Source: Haplodiscus bocki
Taxonomy: Eukaryota
Length of the DNA: 64,000 bases
NCBI GenBank assembly: GCA_965655095.1
Contig: OZ296649.1
Span: forward strand, 95,666,001-95,730,000
Direction of reading: 5' to 3'
A program made the translations under genes and the position numbers. Each line of letters starts with the position of its first letter. Position 1 is the first letter of the stretch. Positions 15,240-29,680 of the stretch are shown piece after piece. The notes under the pieces were generated by a model. The model saw only the letters and a list, made by a program, of their open reading frames with translations, searched no databases and was not told the origin of the DNA.

Positions 15240-17420
15240 TTTTTTGGATCAACCCAGGAAAAAGTTAACAGAACTGTCGAACCTCCAGAACCAAATGCCT
15301 TTCCAATAGCTTCCGATCAACGAGAACCGTCAAGAAAACTTCAAGTCAAAATTCAAGCAAATGCGTGTGATCAAGATACTTATTGAGTTTTGGTCTACAA
15401 CCATCAACCCAAACAGAACACACGGATACCTGTGGCTTCACGAAATAAACACCCATTCTGTAAAACACAATCAACTTTTATGTATTTTAACACTATCCTT
15501 CGGAAGTTACGGATCTCAAATACGCAAGTTCATAATCATTACACATACCATTATATTTTCTTTTTTCCGTGTCCTACCTTGTTTATACTCAAGCGATTAT
15601 TATGAACCAACTGGTTTTTTCCCCGGTTCAATACTTTGATTCCAAAAAGACATTTGTTTTATTCACTTTTCTCATCAACTTGACGAAGCTGCGACAGAAA
15701 GCAACAACCGAGACTGGGTAGAATCTTTCCCATAGGGACAAAGTATCCAAATTTTGGGCTTTTCTTAATCATTCACGTTTACCAAAAAACAAGATATAAA
15801 GTTTCACCAGAAATAATCTGTTTTTGCAACGAACCTTGACAATTCTTTAAAACTCAGTAAAACATGATCTTTGTCATATATCAATTTGGTTTTAATACTC
15901 ATACCGGTTCAACGGAATAGCAAAAAAGTATTGGTAGCCCTATAGACTGACACACGAAAGGAAAATTTGAAAACGATTTGAAAATTAATTACTGTTGATG
16001 TTCGCGGTAAAAAAGTTCAACAAATGATGGATATGCTCAGCGTTATAGATCAAAACTCAAGTGTTAGATTTGGAACATTGGACATAAGTGCATCTTTTCA
16101 CTCAAAAGTTGTTTCCCCTGTGAACTTGTTTAATGAAATCAAGACGACTAGTTAAAAAATATACTAACTCTGTTCTGAAGTGAACAAACTCCAGTTTTGA
16201 CAAAATTTTATTGGGCCTAAAGTAACCTTTTTTAAGGAACGATGTCTAGTAATAGGAAAAAGAAGTTATTTCTTTCTTATCGAAATGGCTTCGCGGTGGT
16301 TACAAAAGTGCCAACATTATCTTTCATCTTTTTTTACTCACAAAGAAAAATGGGAGACAACACCCATTGTTTTCAAAATCAAACTTTCATGTGGAACCTA
16401 AAAGTGGTCGAACACGTTTGTTTGCTGAACAAAACGCTAGTGATAATAACCAAGCTAATCATATTGCATCAGAGCCTGATGGAAATGATACCTGGCTGTC
16501 AATAACAACACCAGTGGAATAGACCCTTCAACTCGTTTTAAACCTTCATAAGTTCGAAGTAAATTTCAACCAATAATTATCTCTGCACACGCAGAAGGCA
16601 GAATTCACGCGAATATAAAAAAGGTTTCTTGAACAAAATCTTGTGGACAAAGTATTCCTCCCACGAACATCAAATGCCGTTCAAAAAATTTTTGACCGAC
16701 ATAAAACTTAGTATCTCCAATCTTTCGATGCTACTATTGATTCCGATGATACACTAGAATCGTATAGTTTTGCTAATAAAGATCGCTCACTAAGTTTCAG
16801 CTCTGCAAAACAGACTGAGGAACTGAACGTCTACAAAAACCGGACATAGATTACCACTTTGTAACGTGTGTTCATTTAACAATTTTCTATGCTTTTCCAA
16901 TTCCAGTTTTTCAGCCTGAAATTACGTATCAAACCTTCAATTCTTCCTTTGTTTTTCCTAGACTTACATTTGACTTTGATCCTGTTGAAACTTCCGCACT
17001 TGGTAAATTGACCTTCTATAAAACATGTTCAAAAGTAACTTATCCATCTCCCTTCTGGTTCTTCCACCCTACTTCACTAAATATTTACCAGCTACACATG
17101 TCGATAACCTCCTTGGGTTTTCCAGAGCAACTCACCAAATCCAAATCAACTATCAATGATAGATGAAACAGACTGTAAAAAACGTCTTGATGTGCGCCTC
17201 AATCGAGTTGCTGATTGTAGCGCAACTCCGCAAGATGTTGCCAGTAAAAATGCACTGTAGGCCTATATATAAGAGCTGAGGAAACAATAGACACAAGATT
17301 ACGATTATTTCTCTCATATAACAAACACACAAAACATTGCGGATAAGACGATAACTCGAACAATTTTCATGACAACCAAAGAAAGCTAATATCAAAACCT
17401 AAATCTTTGATAATATGCTG
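15240..17420 (+). mobile_element. Representative long monomer: decayed, internally deleted Penelope-like retroelement (RT + GIY-YIG) relic
   Basis: Frameshift-tolerant reading across copies gives collinear PLE-like motifs: LIPVQGNSKKELVARW (~LRPI..S..LAKW); SVIDQNSSVRFGTLD..(S)FT (~SFDV.SLFT); KLFRSY.NGFAVVTKVPTL (~YKQ.DG.AMGSPL.PTL); THEEK..TPIVFK...CR...NTFVC (~FKP.FY.RYVDDTFV); ILHQSLMEM (~LHP.L.FTME); WKRPSNS (~YRKPT); EFTRI..F.EQNFVDKV; LVLPPYF; HCRPIYIRA...IYTRLR (~C...YIG.T...TR..EH); KHTEHCG; KLKSLII (~LESL.I). Catalytic residues are degenerate. Confidence 0.62.
15395..16151 (+). repeat. ~757-bp segment found only in long monomers (copy 1); PLE N-terminal/RT fingers region
   Basis: Lies between gagttttggt and ttaaaaaatatactaactctg. 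Shorter monomers have about 11 nt (atatttggtca) in its place. Confidence 0.9.
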
Positions 17421-17609
17421 TTAGCTGCAGTGAGTGTCAAAATTTTGTACGTGATTTTTTGGATCTTCCCAGGAAAGAGTTAACAGAACTGTCAAACCTC
17501 ATAAACCAAATGCCTTTCCAACAGCTTCCGATCAACGAGAACCGTCAAGAAAAATTCAAGTCAAGATTCAAGCAACTGCGTTTGATCAAGATAATTATTG
17601 AGTTTTGGT

Positions 17610-18365
17610 CTACAACCATCAACCCAAATAGAACACACGGGTACCTGTAGCTTCACGAAATAAACACTCATTGTGTTAAAACACAATCAACTTTTATGTA
17701 TTTCAACACTATCATTCGGAAGTTACGGATCTCGAATCCGGAAGTTCATAATGATTACACATACCATTATATTTTCTTTTTTCCGTGTCCTACCTTGTTT
17801 AAAACCAAGCGATTATTGTGAACCAACTGCTTTTTTCCCCGGTTCAATACTTGATTCCAAAAAGACAATTGTTTTGTTCACTTTTCTCATCAACTTGAAG
17901 AAAATATGACAGAAAGCAACAACCGAGACTGGGTAGAATCTTTCTCAGAGGGACAAAGTATCCAAAATTTGCGCTTTTCTTAATCATTCACGTTTACCAA
18001 AAAACAAGATATAAAGTTTCACCAGAAATAATCTGTTTTTGCAACGAACCTTGACAATTCTTTAAAACTCAGTAAAACATGATCTTTGTCATATATCAAT
18101 TTGGTTTTAATACTCATACCGGTTCAACGGAATAGCAAAAAAGTATTGGTAGCCCTATAGACTGACACACGAAAGGAAAATTTGAAAACGATTTGAAAAT
18201 TAATTACTGTTGATGTTCGCGGTAAAAAAGTTCAACAAATGATGGATATGCTCAGCGTTATAGATCAAAACTCAAGTGTTAGGTTTGGAACATTGGACAT
18301 GCGTGCATCTTTTCACTCAAAGTTGATTCCACTGTGAACTTGTTTAATGAAATCAAGACGACTAG
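17610..18365 (+). repeat. Long-monomer segment, copy 2
   Basis: Same boundaries as 15395-16151, and near-identical to it over most of its 3' portion. Confidence 0.9.
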
Positions 18366-19519
18366 TTAAAAAATATACTAACTCTGTTTTGAAGTGAACA
18401 AACTCCAATTTTGACAAAGATGTATTTGGCTTAAAGTAACTTTTTTTACGGAACGATGTCTAGTAGTAGGAAACAGAGGATATTTCGTTCTTATCGGAAT
18501 GGCTTCGCGGTGGTTACAAAAGTGCCAACATTATGTTTCACCTTTTTTTACTCACAAAGAAAAGTGGGAGACAACACCCATTGTTTTCAAAATCAAACTT
18601 TCATCTGGAACCTAAAAGTGGTCGAACACGTTTGTTTGCTACAAAAAACGCTCGTGATAATAACCAAGTTAATCATATTGCATCAGAGCCTGATGGAAAT
18701 GATTATTGGCTTCGAATACCAACACCAGTGGAAAAGACCCTCCAACTCGTTTTAAACCTTCATAAGTTCGAAGTAAATTTCAACCAAGAAGTATCTCTGC
18801 ACACGCAGAAGGCAGAATTCACCCGATTTTAAAAAAGGTTTTTCGAACAAAAATTTGTGGACAAAGTATTTCTCCCCCGAACATCAAATGCCGTTCAAAA
18901 GTTTTTGACCGACATAATACTTAGCATCTCCAATATTTCGATGCTAGTATTGATTCCGATGGTACACTAGAATCGTATAGTTTTGTTAATAAAAATCGCT
19001 CACTAAGTTTCAGCTCTCCAAAACAGACTGAGGAACTGAAAGTCTACAAAAACCGGACATAGATTACCACTTTGTAACGTGTGTTCATTTAACAAATTTC
19101 TATGCTCTTCCATTTCCAGTTTTTCAGCCAGAAATTACGTATCAAACCTTCATTTCTTCCTTTGTTCTTCCTAGACTAATATTTGACTTTGATCCTGTTG
19201 AAATTTCCACACATGGTAAATTGACCCTCTAAAAAACATGTTCAAAAGTAATTTATCCATCTCTTTTCTGGTTCTTCAACCCTACTTCACTAAAAATTTA
19301 ACAACTACACAAGTCGATAACCTCCTTGGTTTTTCCAGAGCAACTCACTAAATCCAAATCAACTATCAATGATAGATGAAAAAGACTTTAAAGAACGTCT
19401 TGATGTGCGCCTCAATCGAGTTGCTGATTGTAGCGCAACTCCGCAAGATGTTGCCAGTGAAAATGCACTGTACGCCTATATATAAGAGCTGACGCAACAA
19501 CATACACAAGATTACGATT

Positions 19520-19797
19520 CTTGTTCTTCCACCCTACTTCACTCTGGTTCTTCCACCTTACTTCACTAAAAATTATTTAACAACTACACACGTCGATAAC
19601 CTCCTTGGTTTTTCCAGAGCAACTCACCAAATCCAAATCAACTATCAATGATAGATGAAACAGACTGTAAAAAACGTCTTGATGTGCGCCTCAATCGAGT
19701 TGCTGATTGTAGCGCAACTCCGCAAAATGTTGCCAGTAAAAATGCACTGTAGGCCTATATATAAGAGCTGACGCAACAATATACATAAGATTACGAT
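19520..19797 (+). repeat. ~277-bp internal duplication within one monomer, with a 24-bp stutter at the junction
   Basis: After attacgatt the sequence jumps back to ct(t/g)gttcttccacc(c/t)tacttcact, present twice, then re-reads about 250 bp. This explains the 1748-bp period. Confidence 0.9.
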
Positions 19798-22700
19798 TAT
19801 TTCTTTCAAATAACAAACGCATAAAACATTGCGGATAAAACGCTCACTCGAACAATTTTCATGACAACCAAAGAAAGCTAATATCAAAACTTAAATTTTT
19901 CATAATATGCTGTTAGCTGCAGCGACAGTCAAAATCTTGTATGTGATTTTTTGGATCATCCCAAGAAAAATATAACAGAGCTGTCGAACTTCCTAAACCA
20001 AATGCCTTTCGAACACCTTCCGATCAACGAGAACCGTCAAAGAAAAGTTGAATTCAAAATTCAAGCAACTGCGTTTAATCAAGATAATTATTGAGTTTTG
20101 GTATACCTGGTCAATAAAAAATGTACTAATTCTGCTTTGAAGTGAACAAACTCCAGTTTTGACAAAATTGCAGTGTGCCTAAAGTAACCTTTTTTATGGC
20201 ATGATGTCTAGTAGTACGAAAGAGAAGTTATTCCGCTCTTATGGAAATGGGTTCGCGGTGGTTTCAAAAGTGCCAAAAACATCTTTCACCTTTTTTGTAC
20301 TCACAAGGAAGAATAGGAGACAACACCCATTGTTTTCAAAATCAATCTTTCATGTAGAACCTATAAGTGGTCGAACACGTTTGTTTGCTACACAAAAGAG
20401 TAGTGATAAAAACCAAGCTAATCATACTGCATCAGAGCCTGATGGAAATGATATTTGGCTGTCAATAACAACACTAGTGGAACAGACCCTCCAACTAGTT
20501 TTAAACTTTCATAAGTTCGAAGTAACTTTCAACCAATATTTATCTCTGCACACGCAGAAGGCAGAATTCAACCGAATATAAAAAAGGTTTTTTCGAACAA
20601 AATTTTGTGGACAAAGTATTCCTCCCCCGAGCATCAAATGCCGTTCAAAAGTTTTTTGACCGACGTGATAATTAGTATCTCCAATCTTTTGATGCTACTA
20701 TTGATTCCGATGATACACTAGAATCGTATAGTTTTGTTAATAAAGATCGCTCACTAAGTTTCAACTCTGCAAAATAGACTGAAGGGACTGAAAATCTACA
20801 AAATCCGGACATAGATTACCACCTTGTAAAGTGTGTTCATTTAACAGTTTTCTATGCTCATCCAATTCCTGTTTTTCAGCCAGAAATTAGGTACCAAACC
20901 GTCATTTTTCCCTTGTTTTTCCTAGACTTATATTTGACTTTGATCCTGTTGAAACTTCCGCACATGGTAAATTGACCTTCTATAAAACATGTTCAAATGT
21001 AACTTATGCATCTTCCTTCTGGTTCTTCCACCCTACTTCACTAAAAATTTACCAACTACACACGTCGATAACCTCCTTGGGTTCTTCAGAGAAACTCACC
21101 AAATCCAAATCTACTATCAATGAAAGATGAAAAAGACTTTAAAAAACGTCTTGTTGTGCGCCTCAATCGAGTTGCTGATTGTAGCGCAACTCCGCCAGAT
21201 GTTGCCAGTAAAAATGCACTGTAGGCCTATATAAAAGAGCTGACGCAACAATATACAAAAGATTACGATTATTTCTTTCATATAAGAAACACACAAAACA
21301 TTGCGGATAAAACGCTAACTCGAACAATTTTCATGACAACCAAAGAAAGCTTACATCAAAACCTAAATCTTTGATAATATGTTGTTAGCTCCAGCGACTG
21401 TCAAAATCTTGTACGTGATTTTTTGGATCTTCCCAAGAAAAAGTTAACAGAACTGTCGAACCTCCTAAACCAAATGCCTTTCCAACAGCTTCCGATCAAC
21501 GAGAACCGTCAAAAAAAATTCAAGTCAAATATCAAGCAATTGCGTTTGATCAAGAGAAATATTGAGTTTTGGTATACCTGGTAAATGAAAAATGTACTAA
21601 CTCTGCTTTGAAGTGAACAAACTCCAGTTTTGAAAAAATTGCCTTGTGCCTAAAGTAACTTTTTTTATGGCATGATGTCTAGTAGTACGAAAGACAAGTT
21701 ATTTCGTTCTTATGGAATTAGGTTCGCGGTGGTTTCAAAAGTGCCAACTTTATCTTTCACCTTTTTTTTTACACACGAGGAAAAACAGGAGACAACACCC
21801 ATTGTTTTCAAAATCAATCTTTCATGTAGAACCCATAAGTGGTCGAACACGTTTGTTTGCTACACAAAACAGTAGTGATATTAACCATGCTAATCATATT
21901 GCATCAGAGCCTGATGGAAATGATATTTGGCTGTCAAAAACAACATCAGTGGAAAAGACCTTCCAATTCGTTTTAAACCTTCATAAGCTCGAAGTAACTT
22001 TCAACCAATAATTATCTCTGCAGACGCAGAAGGCAGAATTAACCCGAATATAAAAAAGGTTTTTTGAACAAAATGTTGTGGACAAAGTAATCCTCCCCCG
22101 AGCATCAAATGCCGTTCAAAAGTTTTTTGACAGACGTGATACTTAGTATCTCCAATCTTTTGATGCTACTATTGATTCCGATGATACACTAGAATCGTAT
22201 AGTTTTGTTAATAAAGACCGCTCACTAAGTTTCAGCTCTGCAAAATAGACTGAAGGAACTGAAAATCTACAAAATCCGGACATAAATTACCACATTGTAA
22301 AGTGTGTTCATTTAAGAATTTTCTATGCTCATCCAATTCCAGTTTTTAAGATAGAAACTACGTATCAAACCATCATTTCTTCCCTTGTTTTTCCTAGACT
22401 TATATTTCACTTTGATCCTGTTGAAACTTCCGCACATGGTAAATTGATCCTCTATAAAACATGTTCAGAAGTAACCTATCCATCCTCCTCCTGGTTCATC
22501 CACCCTACTTCACTAAAAATTTACCAGCTAGACACGTTGATAGCCTCCTTGGTTTTTCCGGAGCAACTCACCAAATCCAAATCAACTGTCAATGATAGAT
22601 GAAAAAGGCTTCAAAAAACGTCTTGATGTACGCCCTAATCGAGTTGCTGATTGTAGCGCAACTCCGCAAGATGTTGCCAGTAAAAATGCACTGTAGGCCT

Positions 22701-24516
22701 ATATATAAGAGCTGACGCAACAATATAGATAAGATTACGATTATCTCTTTCATATAACAAACACACAAAACATTGCGGATAAAACGCTAACTCGAACAAT
22801 TTTCATGACAACCAAAGAAAGCTAATATCAAAACTTAAATCTTTGATAATATGTTGTTAGCTCCAGCGACTGTCAAAATCTTGTACGTGATTTTTTGGAT
22901 CTTCCCAGGAAAAGGTTAACAGAACTGTCGAACCTCCTAAACCAAATGCCTTTCCAACAGCTTCCGATCAACGAGAACCGTCAAGAAAAGTTCAAGTCAA
23001 GATTCAAGCAACTGCGTTTGATCAAGATAATTATTGAGTTTTGGTATACCTGGTCAATAACAAAAACACTAACTCTGCTTTGAAGTAAACAAACTCCAGT
23101 TTTGACAAAATTGCATTGTGCCCAAAGTAACCTTTTTTATGGCAAGATGTCTAGTAGTACGAAAGAGAAGTTATTTCGTTCTTATGGAAATGGGTTCGCG
23201 GTGGTTTCAAAAATGACAACATTATCTTTCACTTTTTTTTACTCACAAGGAAAAATAGGAGACAACACCCACTGTTTTCAAAATCAATCTTTCATGTAGA
23301 ACCTAAAAGTGGTCGAACACATTTGTTTGCTACACAAAACGCTAGTGATGATAACCAAGCTAATCATTTTGCGTCAGAGCCTGATGCAAATGATATTTGG
23401 CTGTCAATAACAACACCACTGGAAAAGACCCTCCAACTCGTTTTAAACCTTCATAAGTTCGCAGTAAATTTCAACCAATAATTATCTCTGCACACGCAGA
23501 AGGCAGAATTCACCCGAAGATAAAAAACGTTTTTTCGAACAAAATTTTGTGGACAAAGTGTTCCTCCCCCGAACATCAAATGCCGTTCAAAAGTTGTTTG
23601 ACCGTTGTAATACTTAATATCTCCAATATTCTGGTGCTACTATTGATTCCGATGATACACTAGGATCGAATAGTTTTGTTAATAAAGATCGCTCACTAAG
23701 TTTCAGCTCTGCAAAACAGACTGAACGAACTGAAAACCTACAGAATCCGGACATAGATTACCACTTGGTAAAGTGTGTTTATTTAACAATTTTCTTTGCT
23801 CATCCAATTCCAGTTTTTCAGCCAGAAATTACGTATCAAACCTTCATTTCTTGCCTTGTTTTTCCTAGACTTATATTTGACTTTGATCCTGTTGAAACTT
23901 CCGCACATGGTAAATTGACCCTCTATAAAACATGTTCAAATGCAACTTATCCATCTTCCTTCTGGTTCATCCACCCTACTTCACTAAAATTTCACCAATT
24001 ACACACGTCGATAACCTCCTTGAGTTTTCCAGAGCAACTCACCATATCCAAATCAACTATCAATGATAGATGAAAAATACTTTGAAGAACGTCTTGATGT
24101 GCGCCTCAATCGAGTTGCTGATTGTAGCGCAACTCCGCCAGATGTTGCCAGTAAAAATGCACTGTAGGCCTACATATAAGAGCTGACGCAACAATATACA
24201 CAAGATTACGATTATTTTTTTCATGTAACAAACACACAAAACATGGCGGATAAAACGGTAACGCAAGTAATTTCATTGACAGCCAAAGAAAGCTAATATC
24301 AAAACCTAAAACTTTGATAATATGCTGTTAGCTGCAGCGACTGTCAAAATCTTGTACGTGATTTTTTGGATCTTCCCAAAAAAAAGTTAACATAATTGTC
24401 GAACCTCCTAAACCAAATGCCTTTCCAACAGCTTCCGATCAACGAGAACCGTCAAGAAAAGTTCAAGTCAAGATTCAAGCAACTGCGTTTGATCAAGATA
24501 ATTATTGAGTTTTGGT

Positions 24517-25271
24517 CTACAACCATCAACCCAAATAGAACACACGGATACCTGTAGCTTCACGAAATAAACACCCATTGTGTAAAACACAATCAACTTT
24601 TATGTATTTTAACACTATTATTCGGAAGTTACGGATCTCAAATACGCAAATTCATAATGATTACACATACCATTATATTTTCTTTTTTCCGTGTCCTACC
24701 TTGTTTATACCCAAGCGATTCTTGTGAATCAACTGCTTTTTTCCCCCGTTCAATACTTTGATTCCAAAAAGACAATTGTTTTGTCCACTTTTCTCATCAA
24801 CTTGAGGAAAATATGACAGAAAGCAACAACCGACATGGGTAGAATCTCTCCCAGAGGTACAAATTATCCAAATTTTGCTCTTTTCTTAATCATTCACGTT
24901 TACCAAAACACAGGATATACAGTTTTACCAGAAAAAATCTATTTTGCAACCAACCTTGACAATTCTTTAAAACTCAGTGAAACTAGATCCTTGTCATATA
25001 TCAATTTGGTTTTATTACTCATACCGGTTCAAGGGAATAGCAAAAAAGAATTGGTAGCCCGATGGACTGGCACATGAAAGGAAAATTTGAAAACGATTTG
25101 AAAACTAATTACTGTTGATGTTCGTGGTAAAGAATTTCAACAAATGATGGATATGTCCAGCGTTATAGATCAAAACTCAAGTGTTAGGTTTGGAACATTG
25201 TACATGCGTGCATCTTTTCACTCAAAAGTTGATTCCACTGTGAACTTGTTTAATGAAGTCAAGACGACTAG
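24517..25271 (+). repeat. Long-monomer segment, copy 3
   Basis: Same boundaries. ORF 24835 is nearly identical to ORF 30000 in copy 4. Confidence 0.9.
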
Positions 25272-28200
25272 TTAAAAAATATACTAACTCTGTTTTGAAG
25301 TGAACAAACTCCAGTTTTGACAAAGTTGTATTTGGCTTCTTTAAAAAAACCTTTTTTACGGAACGATGTCTAGTAGTAGGAAACAGAAGTTATTTCTTTC
25401 TTATCGAAATGGCTTCGCGGTGGCTACAAAAGTGCCAACATTATCCTTCACCTTTTTTTTACTCACAAAGAAAAATAGGAGACAACACCCATTGTTTTCA
25501 AAACCAAACTTTCATGTGGAACCTAAAAGTGGTCGAACACATTTGTTTGCTACACAAAACACTCGTGATAATAACCAAGCTAATCATAATGCACTAGAGC
25601 CTGATGGAAATGATTATTGGCTTTCAATACCAACACCAGTGGAAAAGACCTCCAACTCGTTTTAAACCTTCATATGTTCGAAGTAAAATTCAACCAATAA
25701 TTATCTCTGCACACGCAGAAGGCAGAATTCACGCGAATATAAAAAAGGTTTCTTGAACAAAATCTTGTGGACAAAGTATTCCTCCCCCGAACATCAAATG
25801 CCGTTCAAAAATTTTTTGACCGACGTGATACTTAGTATCTCCAATCTTTGATGCTACTATTGATTCCGATGATACACTAGAATCGTATAGTTTTGTTAAT
25901 AAAGATCGCTCACTAAGTTTCAGCTCTCCAAAACAGGCTGAAGGAATTGAAAGTCTACAAAAATAGGACAAAGGTTACCACTTTGTAAGGTGTGTTGTTT
26001 CCACATTTTTCTATGCTCATCCAGTTCCAGTTTTTCAGCCAGAAATTACGTATCAAACCTTCATTTATTCCTTTGTTTTTAACAGACTTATATTTGACTT
26101 TGACCCTGTTGATACTTCCGCACATTGTAAATTGACCCTCTATAAAACGTTTTCAAATGTAAATTATCCATCTTCCTTCTGGTTCTTCCACCCTGCTTCA
26201 CTAAAGATTCACCAGCCACACACGTCGATAACCTCGTTGGGTTTTCCAGAGCAACTCACCAAATCCAAATCAACTATCAATGATAGATGAAAAAGACTTT
26301 AAAGAACGTCTTGATGTGCGCCTCAACCGAGTTGCTGATTGTAGCGCAACTCCGCCAGATGTTGCCAGTAAAAATGCACTGTAGGCCTATATATAAGAGC
26401 TGACGCAGCAATATACACAAGATTACGATCATTTCTCTCATATCACCAACACACAAATCATTGCAGATAAAACGCTAACTGGAACAATTTTCATGACAAC
26501 CAAAGAAAGCTAATATCAAAAATTAAATCTTTGATAATATGCTGTTAGCTGCAGTGACTGTCAAAATCTTGTACGTGATTTTTTGGATCTTCCCAAGAAA
26601 AAGTTAAAAGAAATGTCGAACCTCCTAAAACAAATGCCTTTCCAACAGCTTCCGATCAACGAGAAGCGTCAAGAAAAGTTCAATTCAAAATTCAAGCAAC
26701 TGCGTTTGATCAAGATAATTATTGAGTTTTGGTAAATTTGGTCATTAGAAAATGTACTAACTCTGCTTTGAAGTGAATAAACACCAGTTTTGTCAAAGTT
26801 GCATTGGGCCTAAAGTAACCTTTTTTACGGCACGATGTCTAGTAGTAGGAAGGAGAAGTTATTTCGTTCTTGTCGAAATGGCTTCGCGGTGGTTACAAAA
26901 GTGCCAACATTATCTTTCACCTTTTTTTTACTCGCAAAGGATAAAAAGAGACAACACCCATTGTTTTCAAAATCAATCTTTCATGTAGAACCTAAAAGTG
27001 GCCGAACACATTTGTTTGCTACAAAAAACGCTCGTGATAATAAACAAGCTAATCATTTTGCATCAGATTCTGATGGAAATGATATTTGGCTGTCAATACC
27101 AACACCAGTGGAAAAGAGCCTCCAACTCGTTTTAAACCTTCATAAGTTCGAAGTAAATTTCAACCAATAATTATCTCTGCAACGCAGAAGGCAGAATTCA
27201 CCCGATTATGAAAAAGGTTTTTTGGAACAAAAGTTTGTGGACAGAGTATTCTCCCCCGAGCATCAAATGCCGTTCAAAAAATTTTTTGACCGACGTAATA
27301 CTTAGTATCTCCAATCTTTTGATGCTACTGTTGATTCCGATGATACACTAGAATCGTATAGTTTTGTTAAGAAAAATCGCTCACTAAGTTTCAGCTCTTC
27401 AAAACAGACTGAAGGAACTGAAAGTCTACAAAACCCGGACATAGATTACCAGTTTGTAAAATGTGTTGATTTCACAATTTTCTAGGCTCATCCAAATCCA
27501 GTTTTTCAGCCAGAAATTACGTATCAAACCTTCATTTCTTCCTTTGTTTTTCCTAGACTTTTAATTGACTTTGACCCTGTTGAAACTTCCGCACATGGTA
27601 AATTGACCCTCTATAAAACATGTTCAAATGTAACTTATCCATCTTCCTTCTGGTTCTTCCACCCTACTTCACTAAAAACTTACCAGCTACACACGTCGAT
27701 AGCCTCCTTGTGTTTTCCAGAGCAAGTCACCAAATCCAAATCAACTATCAATGAAAGATGAAAAAGACTTTAAAGAACGTCTTGATGTGCGCCTCAATCG
27801 AGTTGCTGATTGTAGCGCAACTCCGCCAGATGTTGCCAGTAAAAATGCTTTGTAGGCCTATATATAAGAGCTGACGCAGCAATATACACAAGATTACGAT
27901 GATTTCTCTCATATCACCAACACACAAATCATTGCGGATAAAACGCTAACTGGAACAATTTTCATGACAACCAAAGAAACCTAATATCAAAACTTAAATC
28001 TTTGATAAGATGCTGTTGGCTGCAGCGACTGTCAAAATCTTGTACGCAATTTTTCTGAGCTTCCCATGAAAAAGTTAAAAGAACTGTCGAACCTCCTAAA
28101 ACAAATGCCTTTCCAACAGCTTCCGATCAACGAGAAGCGTCAAGAAAAGTTCAATTCAAAATTCAAGCAACTGCGTTTGATCAAGATAATTATTGAGTTG

Positions 28201-29680
28201 TGGTAAATTTGGTCATTAGAAAATGTACTAATTCTGCTTTGAAGTGAATAAACACCAGTTTTGTCAAAGTTGCATTGGGCCTAAAGTAACCTTTTTTACG
28301 TCACGATGTCTAGTAGTAGGAAGGAGAAGTTATTTCGTTCTTGTCGAAATGGCTTCGCGGTGGTTACAAAAGTGCCAACATTATCTTTCACTTTTTTTTT
28401 ACTCACAAAGGAAAAAAAGAGACAACACCCATTGTTTTCAAAATCAATCTTTCATGTAGAACCTAAAAGTGGTCGAACACATTTGTTTGCTACAAAAAAC
28501 GCTCGTGATAATAACCAAGCTAATCATTTTGCATCAGAGCCTGATGGAAATGATAATTGGCTGTCAATAACAACACCAGTGGAAATGACCCTCCAACTCG
28601 TTTTAAACCTTCATAAGTTCGAAGTAAATTTCAACCAATATTTATCTCTGCAACGCAGAAGGCAGAATTCACCCGATTATGAAAGAGGTTTTTTGGAACA
28701 AAAGTTTGTGGACAGAGTATTCTCCCCCGAGCATCAAATGCCGTTCAAAAAATTTTTTGACCGACGTAATACTTAGTATCTCCAATCTTTTGATGCTACT
28801 GTTGATGCCGATGATACACTAGAATCGTATAGTTTTGTTAAGAAAAATCGCTCACTAAGTTTCAGCTCTTCAAAACAGACTGAAGGAATTGAAAGTCTAC
28901 AAAACCCGGACATAGATTACCAGTTTGTAAAATGTGTTGATTTCACAATTTTCTAGGCTCATCCAAATCCAGTTTTTCAGCCAGAAATTACGTATCAAAC
29001 CTTCATTTCTTCCTTTGTTTTTCCTAGACTTTTATTTGACTTTGACCCTGTTGAAACTTCCGCACATGGTAAATTGACCCTCCATAAAACATGTTCAAAT
29101 GTAACTTATCCATCTTCCTTCTGGTTCTTCCACCATACTTCACTAAAAACTTACCAGCTACACACGTCGATAGCCTCCTTGTGTTTTCCAGAGCAAGTCA
29201 CCAAATCCAAATCAACTATCAATGATAGATGAAAAAGACTTTAAAAAACGCGCCTCAATTGATGTGCACCTCAATCGAGTTGCTGATTGTAGCGCAACTA
29301 CGCAAGATGTTGACAGTAAAAATGCACTGTAGGCCTATTTATAAGAGCTGACGCAGCAATATACACAAGATTACGATCATTTCTCTCATATAACAAACAT
29401 ACAAAACATTGCGGATAAAACGCTAACTCGAACAATTTTCATGACAACCAAAGAAAGCTAATATGAAAATTAAATCTTTGATAATATGCTGTTAGCTGCA
29501 GCGACTGTCAAAATCTTGTACGTGATTTTTTGAATCTTCCCAAGAAAAAGTTAACAGAACTGTCGAACCTCCTAAACCAAATGCCTTTCCAACAGCTTCC
29601 GGTCAACGAGAACCGTCAAGAAAAGTTCAAGTCAGAAATCAAGCAACTGCGTTTGATCAAGATAATTATTGAGTTTTGGT

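Noticed and set aside
19028-19066. Hammerhead-ribozyme-like string CTGAGGA-ACT-GAAA-GTCTA...TAGAT-TA in the monomer; attractive because PLEs carry hammerheads
   Set aside because: Stem I cannot form and stem II is only 3 nt. Most copies read CTGAAGG or ATGAAGG rather than CUGANGA. The site is mid-ORF rather than in a pLTR.
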